This document shows, in pieces, positions 42,801 through 54,029 of a stretch of DNA of 64,000 nt. Position numbers and translations under genes: made by a program. The notes beneath the pieces were generated by a model, which was not told the origin of the DNA, ran no database searches, and saw nothing but the letters and a program-made list of their open reading frames with translations. The stretch comes from an uncultured Acidobacteriota bacterium (GTDB lineage Bacteria > Acidobacteriota > Blastocatellia > RBC074): NCBI GenBank assembly GCA_963796275.1, contig CAWCKY010000007.1, positions 416,001-480,000 of the forward strand, written 5' to 3'. Every line of letters starts with the position of its first letter. The first letter of the stretch is position 1.

Positions 42801-43360
42801 ACCATTCCCCATCGATTGCCTTCCTGAACCCCCGGCAACAAATAGATAAAGGCGCCGGGATTTCGGGGGCCCGCTCCGATGCCGGATGAACCCATCGAAA
42901 GCGGCAGAGCCGTATAGAGCTCATTCCGCACCGTCGTGCCTAGCCGCGCATCCGCAGTGCTCAGTTGTGCGGGGGCCGCATCCACGGTGATGGTATCGGT
43001 AGTCGTACCGACCTGCAGCGTCAGATTGAGTCCAACAGTGCCGAGCGCATCCACGATCACCTTTTCCTGAATGAGCGACTGGAAACCGCTGGCGGAGACC
43101 GAGACGGCGTACTCTCCCGGAGATAATGGCGAGAGCACATACAATCCGGTCGCGGTCGTTTGGCGCGTCGTCTTTACGCCCGTGGCCTTATTGGTCGCGA
43201 CGACTGTTGCGGTGGGAATGACGGCGCCTGTCGGGTCGGTGATGACCCCCTGAATGGAACCGGTTCCGCCAATCTGGGCCATCGCTATGGACGATGAGAA
43301 TATGATGCCGGCGCAAAGTATAGACAAAGAGACGAGAATACTCGAAGGGGACGATTTCAT
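39878..43360 (-). CDS. TonB-dependent receptor
   Basis: GVITDPTGAVIP, QNEFGGTIGGPI, LTLNLGLRYD, terminal KIAF. Confidence 0.94.
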   Translation of the reverse strand: MKSSPSSILVSLSILCAGIIFSSSIAMAQIGGTGSIQGVITDPTGAVIPTATVVATNKATGVKTTRQTTATGLYVLSPLSPGEYAVSVSASGFQSLIQEKVIVDALGTVGLNLTLQVGTTTDTITVDAAPAQLSTADARLGTTVRNELYTALPLSMGSSGIGAGPRNPGAFIYLLPGVQEGNRWGMVNGAQGFSKDVFVEGVPITDAIQQGEGRSINLGFSVEAIEQFQVETSGTGVEFNGQGSENYVVKSGTNQFHGSIFEYFRNTLLDARSFFSPTRPKENQNEFGGTIGGPIIKNKLFFFFVYDGWRYRVQTDARFISVPTVKMRQGDFSELPVPIFDPLTTNCPPGGTCTRQPFDRNIIPLDRISSISKFFQTQLPLPTHPGIQNNYLGQLPVGYNNDNYTVKIDLNINDSHRLSGLFTRGKRSQSGPYREVTVPLPLPYTNTRLVEEIPTVAQVKHNWTITPSLLNQISFGFNRLFVPIDNATVDGKWTESAGLAGLPPGEARDAFPETNFGGPNAPNSWRGVDSRDFLDANNNFTLQDSLQWVRGNHAFKFGFQHQRLHDNFRARDTGTLFVGDFSNTQTAGFRPNGALDTSTGNAYASYLLGLVNAATVNEDYFVGVGARYYNYAFWVQDDFKVRPRLTLNLGLRYDIMQPYKEVADRFTFLDPNIPNPAAGGRPGVLRFGGDYAPDAISCNCRTPVNTYYGAIGPRIGLAYSINENTVVRAAYGIMYTRRGAVGGREGARDGTGTIGFNASAPLGNPDNGISAAFDWDNGIPSYQKGPIYDATYLTGFNAPGINGGTLLFGDPNSQPPRYQNWNLSIQRSLTPSLSLTVAYTGSNGKYLAGAGRGIWSNQIHPRYLALRNLLQGPADQITIAAAQAIIPDVSLPFPGYRGTIAQMLRPFPQYGGVGDPYGNVGQSNYNALQVVVQKRLSAGLTFNVNYNFSKAIGNVNGGRSAYFWEQEKSLSSTDQPHIFNAFLSYDLPFNSQNPAVRGIVKGWRISGITRYATGTPVGIIGAACVLPQAGTCFANYNPNFSGPARINGDWGEGDILGPNPTSFIDRNAFASPAEFTYGDTPPAHAHGMRVPHLFNQDVSVSRSFRIRENVKFEFGADAFNIFNNVRFGGIATNITNASFGRVTSQANTPRVIQFKAKIAF

Positions 43361-43674
43361 GGCTTACCTCCAGCTTATGCCGCGATATTCGATGGATGTG
43401 GACGTTATCTGCTCGAAAGTGAATCTCTAAGACAGAGCGTTCAAGCTTATGGTCAAACTGAATACGAAGGTGTTCAGTGGCGGGGATTATATACCCATTC
43501 AAATCGCCGGTCAGCCACGACCGACATAATTCATGTTTTTACATATGAATATATTGAGACCTGTGCAAAATAAAGTCGGTGACTATCAACAGGTTCAACT
43601 ACGCAGTTTCGGATAAGTAACAAGTCAAGACTTGTGGTAAGTAGTACTTCTGGAAACTAAGTTATTTGAAGCGT

Positions 43675-43765
43675 GTGCACTACTTCGTGGGCTCGCGACT
43701 TTGGTGGCGCGAAACACAGGGTTCAGCCTTCGGCTTTATGCTATCGCCCGCTTCGCGGGCTAGAA
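43675..43765. repeat. REP-like element (GCCCGCTTCGCGGGCT type)
   Basis: cactacttcgtgggct ... ggctttatgctatcgcccgcttcgcgggct palindromes. Confidence 0.55.
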
Positions 43766-43799
43766 ACAATAGCAGAAAGTTTGTTAATGAGCTGGCTAT

Positions 43800-44680
43800 C
43801 TGGTTACTATTACTCATCGGTATAGACGAGGAGTATCCCGCCGACTTCACGCCCGGCAATGCTGCGATCTCAGTCAATATACTTTGGAAGAATCCATCGA
43901 TCTGAGCGGGTTCATTGTACTTCGTGTTGGGCAGCGATATTTCCAGGTTGATCAGATTATTCGAATTGAAACCCGGATTGACCTGCTGGACGAGCCAGAA
44001 ACTTTTGATGAGCAATCCCGCTCCGATCAGCAAGACGAGAGTCGATGTCACCTCAAAGATCATCAGCCCGCTTCGCAGCCACCCTCTCGTGTGGCCATAC
44101 CGCTGCGACCGCCTTCCTTCAACGTTTCGTGCAGATCGGTTTTGGAAGAATGTACCGCAGGCGCCAGTCCGAAGAGCAAGCCGGTCAGCAACGAGATGCC
44201 CAAAGTGAAAGCAAGCACGCGCCAATCGATGCCGACCTCGTATGCGCGCGGAATGAGTCTCTCGCTGAGTGAAAGCAGCAACTGCATTCCCCAGTGAGCG
44301 AGCAGAAGTCCCAACGCTCCGCCGATCAGCGCAAGCGGCAGCGATTCGGTCAATAATTGTCTGACGACGCGCCATCGTCCCGCGCCGAGAGCGAGCCGAA
44401 TCGCGATCTCTTTTTTTCTTCCAGCCGCGCGCGCAAGCAGCAGATTGGCCACATTCGCACAGGCGATCAATAACACGAATCCGACAGCTGTCATCAGAAT
44501 GTACAACGGATATCGAATATCGCGCACGATGATCCCATGGATCGGGCGCAGCAAGAGCCCCCAAAGGCTTTTATCTATATCTGCCGGAACATTAGCCGCA
44601 ATCGTATTCATCTCAGCCTGCGCCTGCTGCAGCGTTACATTTGGTTTTAGCTTCGCGATCGCAAAAAGGGTTTCATAGAG
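43800..44680 (-). pseudogene. ADOP (duplicated orphan permease) internal fragment, frameshifted
   Basis: [44 protein letters not shown]; frameshift near 44090 into [10 protein letters not shown]...LLIGAGLLIKSF...VNPGF; both ends missing. Confidence 0.85.
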
Positions 44681-44819
44681 CCAGTGAAACCGTATATCCA
44701 GTTGCCCCTTAAGGCTTTGAGGTCGCGAAAATCTGGATCATCAGGGCCGCTGATAGTATTATTGGGCGCGTCTCGCAAGTGCAAGTGTCTCATCTACCGC
44801 ATCATCGGAGAAAATCGCA

Positions 44820-45951
44820 ATGAGATCGCTTATGCCATCAACGGAAAAAACCATCGGATATCTTACTCTCGGCTTCGTGGCTCTCACTCTCGTATTTGGC
44901 TGGCTTCCTTCTCCATCACACGGGGCAAACGGGGCAAACGGGGCAAACGGAAAGAGCACCAGAGGTAAAACTAGGTACAGTCGAGCGGATCAAAGTTCAC
45001 GGCAAGTCGCTGGAAGGCAATCTCGACGGCGATTCGCCGGATCGAGATGTCTCGATCTATCTGCCGCCCGGGTACAAGTCTGAAAAGAGCCGGCGCTATC
45101 CCGTAGTTTACATGCTGCACGGCTTCACCGATGATGACGCGAGATGGTTCGGAGCGATCAAACATTGGATCAATCTGCCGGAAGTTCTCGATAAGACATT
45201 CGCTGGTGGAAACTCGCGCGCCATGATTGTGGTGATGCCGAACGCATTCACCAGGTTCAAAGGCAGCATGTATTCCAATTCTGTTACGGTCGGCGATTGG
45301 GAGACATTCATCGCCAAAGAGCTGGTCGCCTACATCGACTCGCATTACCTTACGCTCCCCCAAGCGGCGAGTCGCGGGCTCGCCGGGCATTCGATGGGGG
45401 GATACGGCACGATGCGATTGGGAATGAAGAGCCGGGATGTCTTCTCGAGCATCTATGCGCTGAGTCCCTGCTGCATGGATGCTCGCCGCGGAAATCCGGA
45501 GATGAAGGAGATGATGAAGAAGATCGAGGCGGTCAAGACCGATGAAGAGGTGAAAACGCAATCATTCTTCGGTCTGGCGATGCTGGCTTCGGCCGCCGCG
45601 TGGTCGCCCAATCCGAAGAATCCGCCCTTCTTCATCGATCTACCTTTCCGCGACGGCGAGATCGTTCCCGAGATCATCGCGAGACAGCAAGCGAATGCGA
45701 CGCTGGTGATGATTCACCAGTACATCCCGGCCCTCAAGCGCTTGAAAGCCATCGGCATCGATGCTGGAACGAAAGATGCCGGCATCTCCGCTGCCACGAA
45801 AGAGCTGGATCAGGTCTTGACCGATTACGGCATCGAACATTTCTATGAAAGTTATGACGGCGATCATCTGAATCGCATCGCAGAGCGAATTCAAACAAAA
45901 ACAATGCCCTTCTTCTCGAGCAATCTGTCTTTTGAAAGGGCAAAACGGTGA
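44820..45951 (+). CDS. Putative esterase (alpha/beta hydrolase); signal peptide separated by a frameshift near 44922
   Basis: [24 protein letters not shown]; the signal-peptide-like frame starts at 44820 and the catalytic frame is the 44896-45951 ORF. Confidence 0.85.
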
Positions 45952-47204
45952 AAGGATTGTCTATGAAAAAAATGAGTGAAACAGCAATACCGCGCCGCAC
46001 ATTTTTGAAGAATTCAGCGATCGGCGCAGGCACAATGATCTCATCATCGCGGCTGGCGGCGGCCAACATCCTCGGTGCGAACGACCGCATCAGACTTGGT
46101 GCGATCGGATTGGGCGGGCGTTGTCGCAAATCGTTGACCCCGATCCATAAGGATCAACCGGATACCGAGATCGTCGCGCTGTGCGATGTGTACGAAGTGA
46201 ATCTGCTGCGCGCCGTATCCGAAATCGCAGCTGCGAATGCCAAACAGCTCCGGGATTACCGCGCGGTACTCGACGATAAGAGCATAGACGCCGTCATCAT
46301 CGGCACGCCCGATCATTGGCACGCGAGGATGGTCAGCGATGCCGTCCAGGCGGGCAAAGATGTTTACGTCGAGAAGCCCGTCACGCACTCGCTGGACGAA
46401 GGCGCGGCACTGGTAAAAGCCGTCGAAGCCAGTAAACAGATCGTTCAGACCGGCATGCAGCAACGGAGCTGGCCGCATTTTATGCAGGGTAAAAAGATTA
46501 TCGATGAAGGCACTCTCGGCCAGATCACCTCCGTGCGCATGTGGTGGTACCAGAATTATGGAGGAAGCAACCGTCCTACCAAACTCGCGCTCGACCAGCT
46601 CGACCAGAAGGCCTGGCTCGGCAAAGCTCCCGCGCAAACGATTACGCCCGCCAAGTTTCACTGGTGGCGCTGGTACTGGGACTTCGGCGGCGGAGCTTTG
46701 ACCGATCTGATGACGCACTGGATCGATGTGGCGCATTGGTATCTGGGCGTTTCTGCGCCGCATACTGCAACGACTGTGGGCAATCGCTATGTGCTCGATT
46801 GGGATTGCCCGGACACGATAACTTGCGTGCTAGAATACCCCAAGAATTTCACCGCGACCTACCATGGCGGTATGACGAGCAGCATCGACGACGGCGGGAT
46901 GGAGATTCGTGGGACTAAGGCTACCATGAAGCTCGACCGGTCACAGCTGGCCGTTTATACCGAAGGCGGACAACTGATCGGGAAACCCGGTGAAGGCAAA
47001 TCGGGCATCCTGATAGAGTCGAAGGAAGACGGCACCATCGCGCACGTTCGCAACTTTCTTGACTGCGTCAAGAGCCGCAAAACTCCGGCGGCTGACATCC
47101 GGGCCGGCGTAGAAGCCGCGCGCGCCTCCCATATCGGCAATCTTGCGCTTAAACAAGCGCGTATGATTCGCTGGAATTCCCAACAACAGCGGGTCGAGGG
47201 TTAG
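45948..47204 (+). CDS. Gfo/Idh/MocA family oxidoreductase with Tat signal
   Basis: [39 protein letters not shown]. Confidence 0.93.
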   Translation: MKGLSMKKMSETAIPRRTFLKNSAIGAGTMISSSRLAAANILGANDRIRLGAIGLGGRCRKSLTPIHKDQPDTEIVALCDVYEVNLLRAVSEIAAANAKQLRDYRAVLDDKSIDAVIIGTPDHWHARMVSDAVQAGKDVYVEKPVTHSLDEGAALVKAVEASKQIVQTGMQQRSWPHFMQGKKIIDEGTLGQITSVRMWWYQNYGGSNRPTKLALDQLDQKAWLGKAPAQTITPAKFHWWRWYWDFGGGALTDLMTHWIDVAHWYLGVSAPHTATTVGNRYVLDWDCPDTITCVLEYPKNFTATYHGGMTSSIDDGGMEIRGTKATMKLDRSQLAVYTEGGQLIGKPGEGKSGILIESKEDGTIAHVRNFLDCVKSRKTPAADIRAGVEAARASHIGNLALKQARMIRWNSQQQRVEG

Positions 47205-47287
47205 AAGACAGTTTTCAGTTTTCAGTTTCATTTGCTGATCGAGCTATTCTACTTATAACTGAAAACTGACAACTGAAAACTGTCTTC
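47204..47287. repeat. Inverted heptamer (CAGTTTT/AAAACTG) repeat hairpin
   Basis: gaagacagttttcagttttcag ... ctgaaaactgacaactgaaaactgtcttc. Confidence 0.8.
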
Positions 47288-47301
47288 CGAGGAGGTATTC
47301 A

Positions 47302-50300
47302 ATGAAATCTCGGCGAGCGAAATCCCCGCTACTTCTCGTATTGTGTTTACTACCGGCGCTTCTATGCCCCATGGCGATCGCCCAGGTTACAACCGCCGAT
47401 TTAGTAGGTACGATCAAAGATAACTCAGATGCCGTCGTGCGCGGCGCCCGGGTCACGATAACCAACGAGGCCACGGGCGTCAGCCGTTCAGTGACGACGA
47501 CTGATGAAGGCAATTACATCTTCACATCGCTGCAACCTGGCCGTTACTTGCTCACTGCCGAAGCTCCCGGCTTTCGCAAGATCGAGCGTACGGGCGTTGA
47601 ACTGCAAGTCAATCAACGCGCGCACATCGATCTGACCCTTCAGGTCGGGCCGGTCGACGATACCGTTCGGATCGAAGGCGCTGTGCCTCTGCTCGAGAGC
47701 CAATCCTCAGTGCTAGGTAGCGTGATTCAGGAGAAACAAGTCCAGGATCTGCCGCTCAACGGGCGCAACTTCGTGCAACTGGCCATACTCAGTCCAGGCG
47801 TATCGGGCACAGGCTATGGCATGCGGGGCACGATTATGAGCGGCACGCGGCCCGACGATCTGCGGCCGGGCACCGAGCTGTTTGTGAACGGTAACAGAGA
47901 GAGCTCGAACAACTACCTTTATGACGGCATAGACAACAATGACAGGTTGACGTTGGCTATTGTTGTGCGCCCGGCCGTGGAAGCGATCAAGGAGTTCAAG
48001 ATTCAGACAAACCTCTTCGCCGCCGAACAGGGGCGCAATCCCGGCGGGCAGGTGGACGTCATCACCAAGTCGGGCGGTAATGATATTCACGGCTCGGTTT
48101 ACGAATTCCTGCGCAACGATGTGCTCGACGCCAACAACTTCTTCTCCAATCGCGCGGGGCAGGAGAAACCGCCGTTCAGACAGAACCAGTTCGGCGGCTC
48201 TATCGGTGGGCCGATTATCAAGAGCAAGACTTTCTATTTCGGCGATTACGATGGGTTCCGCCAGCGGCAGGGGAGAGTCTTCGTCAACACCGTGCCGACG
48301 CTCAGGATGCGGCAGGGCGATTTCGGCGAGGTTGCAGGCGGCATCTTCGACCCGTCGACGACTCGGCAGAATCCGAATTTCGACTCCACCAAACCGGCCG
48401 GACCGACCAATCCGCAGTTCCTGCGCGACCCGTACCCGGGAAATCAAATCCCGCGGGATGACTGGGACCCGGTGACTGCCAACTTGCTCAATGCTTACCC
48501 GCTGCCGACCACTTCGGGATTGAGTAACAACCTGGTCACAGCTCCGACGCGCAGCCAGGACTGGGATCAATTCGATGTACGCGTAGATCATAATCAAAGC
48601 GAAAAAAATACCTTCTTCGCTCGATATTCGTGGTCGAAGACGGCGACGACCAACCCATTCACGTTTCCTGCTGTTCTGCTTCCCGGTTTGCCGAAAGCCG
48701 TCGGCCTCGGCAATGAAGATACCTTCGCTGGCACCTCGACGCTGCGCGCGCAGCACGTTGTGGTCAACTGGATGCATGTCTTCTCGCCGCGGGTGTTGCT
48801 GGATTTGCGCGCCGGTTACAATCGCTTTGACCTCGATTTCACGCAAGCCGATGTGGAACCCGGCGACCAACTCGGCGTTAAGCTCGGTGTGCCCAACGCC
48901 AATCAGCAGGAGCAACAGAACGCCATTCCGATCTTCAGCCCGGCGAGTTATACGGGAATCGGCCAAAGCCGCTCGCTCCCGATCCTGCGAATCGAAAACA
49001 CCTTTCAATACATGGGCAATCTGACATTCACCGGCAGCGCGCATACGGTCAAGACTGGCCTCGACATTCGCCGCCGCCAGTTGACCGAATATCAGACCAA
49101 CCGCGGCAATGGCCGGTTCAATTTTTCGCCGAATATCACCAACAACCCGGTAAACAACGCGGGCGGCAGCGCGATGGCTTCGTTCCTGCTCGGCGCGCCG
49201 AGCCTGATCGAACAGGATTACCTGCTCGCGTGGGTTGGGATTCGCGGCACCGAGTATAGCGTGTATGTGGCTGACGATTGGCGCGTCACGCAGAAGCTGA
49301 CGTTGAACCTCGGGCTGCGTTACGAACTCGACACGCCTTATTCGGAAGTGGCGGATCGTTGGGCCAGCTTCGATCCGACCACAGCCACCGTTTTGATCGC
49401 CGGACGCAACGATGTGAGCAAGAGCGCGGGCGTCAACACCTTCTATAAAGGTTTTGCGCCGCGTTTCGGCTTCGCCTATCAGGTCACGCAGAAGACCGTG
49501 GTGCGCGGCGGAGCGGGCATCTTCTGGAATACGGCGGGACACGGCGGAGTCGCTTTGCGACTGCAGCGACACGTGCCGTTCGGGCCTATCTTCAGCTTTT
49601 CGCCCAGCAACTTCTTCGTCACGCAGCGCGTGAGCGACGGCTTCCCGATCATTCCGCCGCTCAACCTCGCGTCGGCCGATAATCCCAGTGGCAGCGTCAT
49701 CGGGGTCGATCCGAACTACCAGCCGGGTTATGCCGAACAATTCAATCTGACGGTTCAGCACGAATTACCTTCATCTCTGTTGCTCAAAGCATCGTTTGTC
49801 GGCAATTTGGGCCGCCATCTCGATACCAGCTTCAATCTCAATCAAGCCGTGCCGGGTTTGGGCCCCATCAACAATCGCCGGCCATTTTTCGGCGTGCGCC
49901 CCACGCTGGCCGATGTGACGTGGGCGGTGTCTGACGGCCTGGCGTCGTATTATGCTTTTCAACTCAGCGCCGAGAAGCGCTTGACGCACGGATTGAGCGG
50001 CCTGGCTTCGTATACCTGGGGACATTCGATCGACACCGTGGGTCAAAGTTTCGGCGGCGGCGCGGATGGCCCGTTGCCGCAGGACCCGCGCAATCGCCAG
50101 GCCGATCGCGGCAATTCGCCGTTCGACATCCGGCAACGTCTGACCATCGCCTGGAATTACGCGTTGCCGTTTGGCCAAGGGCGTAAATGGTTGTCCGGCG
50201 GCGGCCCGGCCGAGTACGTGCTGGGCGGCTGGCAGGTCAACGGAATCACCTCGATTCAGTCGGGTTTGCCTTTCACGCCGACGGCCAATTCGCCCACGGT

Positions 50301-50658
50301 CAACACGGGCACGGCCAGCCGCCCCGACCTCATCGGCGACGGCGGGTTGGATGAGCAGACCGTAGACCGCTGGTTCGATACTTCTGCGTTCGCGACGCCG
50401 GCGCAATTCACTTACGGCAATGCGGGGCGCAATATTCTTTATGGACCTGGAAGAGTGAATTTCGATTTCTCGCTCTTCAAACAGTTCAGCATAACGGAAG
50501 CGTTGAACCTGCAATTCCGCACCGAATTTTTCAATCTCTTCAACACGCCGCAATTCGATCTGCCGAACGCGGCCATCGGGGCGAGCAATGCCGGAACAAT
50601 CACCGGGATCGTCGGAACGCCGCGCCAGATACAGTTCGGATTAAAATTGGTATTTTGA
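47302..50658 (+). CDS. TonB-dependent receptor
   Basis: DLPLNGRNFVQLA, RQNQFGGSIGGPI, LTLNLGLRYE, PRQIQFGLKLVF; GAGGAGG RBS. Confidence 0.95.
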   Translation: MKSRRAKSPLLLVLCLLPALLCPMAIAQVTTADLVGTIKDNSDAVVRGARVTITNEATGVSRSVTTTDEGNYIFTSLQPGRYLLTAEAPGFRKIERTGVELQVNQRAHIDLTLQVGPVDDTVRIEGAVPLLESQSSVLGSVIQEKQVQDLPLNGRNFVQLAILSPGVSGTGYGMRGTIMSGTRPDDLRPGTELFVNGNRESSNNYLYDGIDNNDRLTLAIVVRPAVEAIKEFKIQTNLFAAEQGRNPGGQVDVITKSGGNDIHGSVYEFLRNDVLDANNFFSNRAGQEKPPFRQNQFGGSIGGPIIKSKTFYFGDYDGFRQRQGRVFVNTVPTLRMRQGDFGEVAGGIFDPSTTRQNPNFDSTKPAGPTNPQFLRDPYPGNQIPRDDWDPVTANLLNAYPLPTTSGLSNNLVTAPTRSQDWDQFDVRVDHNQSEKNTFFARYSWSKTATTNPFTFPAVLLPGLPKAVGLGNEDTFAGTSTLRAQHVVVNWMHVFSPRVLLDLRAGYNRFDLDFTQADVEPGDQLGVKLGVPNANQQEQQNAIPIFSPASYTGIGQSRSLPILRIENTFQYMGNLTFTGSAHTVKTGLDIRRRQLTEYQTNRGNGRFNFSPNITNNPVNNAGGSAMASFLLGAPSLIEQDYLLAWVGIRGTEYSVYVADDWRVTQKLTLNLGLRYELDTPYSEVADRWASFDPTTATVLIAGRNDVSKSAGVNTFYKGFAPRFGFAYQVTQKTVVRGGAGIFWNTAGHGGVALRLQRHVPFGPIFSFSPSNFFVTQRVSDGFPIIPPLNLASADNPSGSVIGVDPNYQPGYAEQFNLTVQHELPSSLLLKASFVGNLGRHLDTSFNLNQAVPGLGPINNRRPFFGVRPTLADVTWAVSDGLASYYAFQLSAEKRLTHGLSGLASYTWGHSIDTVGQSFGGGADGPLPQDPRNRQADRGNSPFDIRQRLTIAWNYALPFGQGRKWLSGGGPAEYVLGGWQVNGITSIQSGLPFTPTANSPTVNTGTASRPDLIGDGGLDEQTVDRWFDTSAFATPAQFTYGNAGRNILYGPGRVNFDFSLFKQFSITEALNLQFRTEFFNLFNTPQFDLPNAAIGASNAGTITGIVGTPRQIQFGLKLVF

Positions 50659-50663
50659 CGATA

Positions 50664-50740
50664 AAAGTTTTCAGTTTTGCGTTAGGCGAAGAGGCTGATC
50701 AATACAACTGAAAACTGAAAACTAAAAACTGAAAACTGAT
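50664..50740. repeat. Inverted heptamer (AAAACTG) repeat
   Basis: agttttcagtttt ... aactgaaaactgaaaactaaaaactgaaaactg. Confidence 0.7.
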
Positions 50741-50756
50741 ATTGAAGGGGCATACA

Positions 50757-52064
50757 ATGGATCAGAAAAAGAAGAAAGACACCGCTGACCTGCAACGCCG
50801 TTCGTTGCTCAAAAACACCGCCGCCGCGACTATCGGCCTGGGCGCGCTGGGCGCAGTCTCCGGCCCCGAAGCGCACGCCGAGGAGATCATTCAACCGCGC
50901 GCGCCGATTCCCGAAATTGCTCAAGAGTCTTCACGCCGGACCGTTCGCGAAAGCGTCAAGATCACCAAGCTTGAGACCATCATGGTCAAACCGCGCTGGC
51001 TCTTCCTGAAGGTCCACACCAACGCGGGCGTAGTGGGATTGGGTGAACCGATCACGGAAGGCCGGGCGTTGACCTGCGCCGCAGCGATCAAGGAGATCGA
51101 ACCATACCTGGTCGGCAAAGACCCGCGCGCCGTCGTGCATCACTGGCAGGCGATCTATCGCCACGCTTTCTACCGCGGCGGGCCGATTCTGACGAGCGCG
51201 CTGAGCGGAATCGATCAGGCGCTCTGGGACATCAAGGGCAAACTGCTCAACGTTCCGGTTTATGAGTTGCTCGGCGGCCCTACGCGCCAGCGCATTCGCG
51301 TCTACGCGCACGCGCGCACTCCCGATCAGATTCGCGAACGCAAAGCCCAGGGCTTCACCGCGTTCAAGACCGGCCCCGCGCGCTTGAGTGGCCGCTATGC
51401 GCGCGCAGTCGAGAACAAAGCCTGGATCGAACACGCCGTCGCTCAATTCGCTTCATTGCGCGGAATCGTCGGCAAAGATGGGGACATCGGCATCGACTTC
51501 CACGGCGCAGTTCCGCCAGCTACCGCCAAAATCCTCATGAAGGAGTTGGAGCAGTTCCAGCCCTTCTTTTATGAAGAGATAATCAACTGCCAGAACGTAG
51601 ACCTCATGGCAGAGCTGGCGAAGACCACTCATATCCCCATCGCTACGGGCGAGCGCGACTTCACCAAATGGGGCTTCCGGCAGATTTTGGAGAAAGGCGC
51701 GGCGACGATCCTGCAGCCCGACCTCTGCCACGCGGGCGGCATCACCGAGGTTCGTTTGATCGCGGGCATGGCCGAGGCTTATTACGCTTCGATTGCTCCG
51801 CATAATCCGCTCGGCCCAATCTCATTAGCCGCCGGATTGCAGATCGCCGCTTCTATCCCCAACTTCCTGTGCCAGGAGCAGGTGAGCCTGGGAGACGGTT
51901 ACATCAAGAATCCTTTCAAGGTGCGCGACGGTTATGTCGATCTGCCCACTGCACCGGGACTGGGAATCGAGCTGGATGATAACGCGATGGCCGACAAAAT
52001 AGGCCACGATTGGCGCAATGCCGAAACGTATGACCCGGACGATGGATCGGTGACGGATTGGTAG
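50757..52064 (+). CDS. dgoD: Galactonate dehydratase-like enolase-superfamily enzyme with Tat signal
   Basis: PRWLFLKVHT, FYRGGPILTSALSGIDQALWDIKGK, IDFHG, LQPDLCHAGGITE, APHNPLGPI, DDGSVTDW; N-terminal QRRSLLK. Confidence 0.9.
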   Translation: MDQKKKKDTADLQRRSLLKNTAAATIGLGALGAVSGPEAHAEEIIQPRAPIPEIAQESSRRTVRESVKITKLETIMVKPRWLFLKVHTNAGVVGLGEPITEGRALTCAAAIKEIEPYLVGKDPRAVVHHWQAIYRHAFYRGGPILTSALSGIDQALWDIKGKLLNVPVYELLGGPTRQRIRVYAHARTPDQIRERKAQGFTAFKTGPARLSGRYARAVENKAWIEHAVAQFASLRGIVGKDGDIGIDFHGAVPPATAKILMKELEQFQPFFYEEIINCQNVDLMAELAKTTHIPIATGERDFTKWGFRQILEKGAATILQPDLCHAGGITEVRLIAGMAEAYYASIAPHNPLGPISLAAGLQIAASIPNFLCQEQVSLGDGYIKNPFKVRDGYVDLPTAPGLGIELDDNAMADKIGHDWRNAETYDPDDGSVTDW

Positions 52065-52070
52065 ACAACA

Positions 52071-52186
52071 ATTCATTTTAAATTTGCCATTTTACATTTT
52101 AAATTTGTCATTGAATTGACCATTGTCCGAGTCAATACAAATACAGATGTAAAATGACAAATTTAAAATGACAAATGTAAAATGAA
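52071..52186. terminator. Long AT-rich inverted heptamer-like repeat between convergent genes (possible bidirectional terminator)
   Basis: cattttaaatttgccattttacattttaaatttgtcatt ... aaaatgacaaatttaaaatgacaaatgtaaaatg. Confidence 0.55.
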
Positions 52187-52196
52187 CTCTCTCTGC

Positions 52197-53576
<1,380 letters not shown>

Positions 53577-53733
53577 AATGAAGTCTCCCTTTATTTTGAG
53601 GTCTTTCGTCGGTCAGAAATACTCGCGGACTTGATGAGCGTATCATACAAACAGCCCGTATTTTTGGCCAGATCGAATAGGAATACCCGAAAAATCGCCA
53701 TTGTTGCCAGGCGATCAGTTTTCTGGGCCGCGT

Positions 53734-53765
53734 GGGGCAACGGGGCAACGGGGCAACGGGGCAAA
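53734..53765. repeat. GGGGCAAC x4 tandem repeat
   Basis: ggggcaacggggcaacggggcaacggggcaaa in a divergent intergenic region. Confidence 0.8.
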
Positions 53766-54029
53766 GTCGCCTGACTTACAATAATTGCGTACAAACGACC
53801 TTAACAATAGACAAGACTGGGCATCATACCTAAAGTTTACTTTTACAGGGTATATGCTGCACAGTATGACGGTACTAAATTGCGAGAAAACAAATTCTTA
53901 GAAAACTGTTGCGACTCTAGCGCAAACATTTCAGCTGGTCCTGTTTGCACATTGGTAGCGAAGTTATCTGGTTCCAACTGATCTACTCAATTAATGGGAC
54001 ACCCGATTTAGGATTAACAAGGAGGCACC

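Noticed and set aside
47713-49761. 682-aa antisense ORF and similar long antisense ORFs (57540-58961, 38280-39377, 33569-34705, NRPS antisense)
   Set aside because: Shadows of GC-rich genes with clear motifs on the opposite strand; no recognisable domains.
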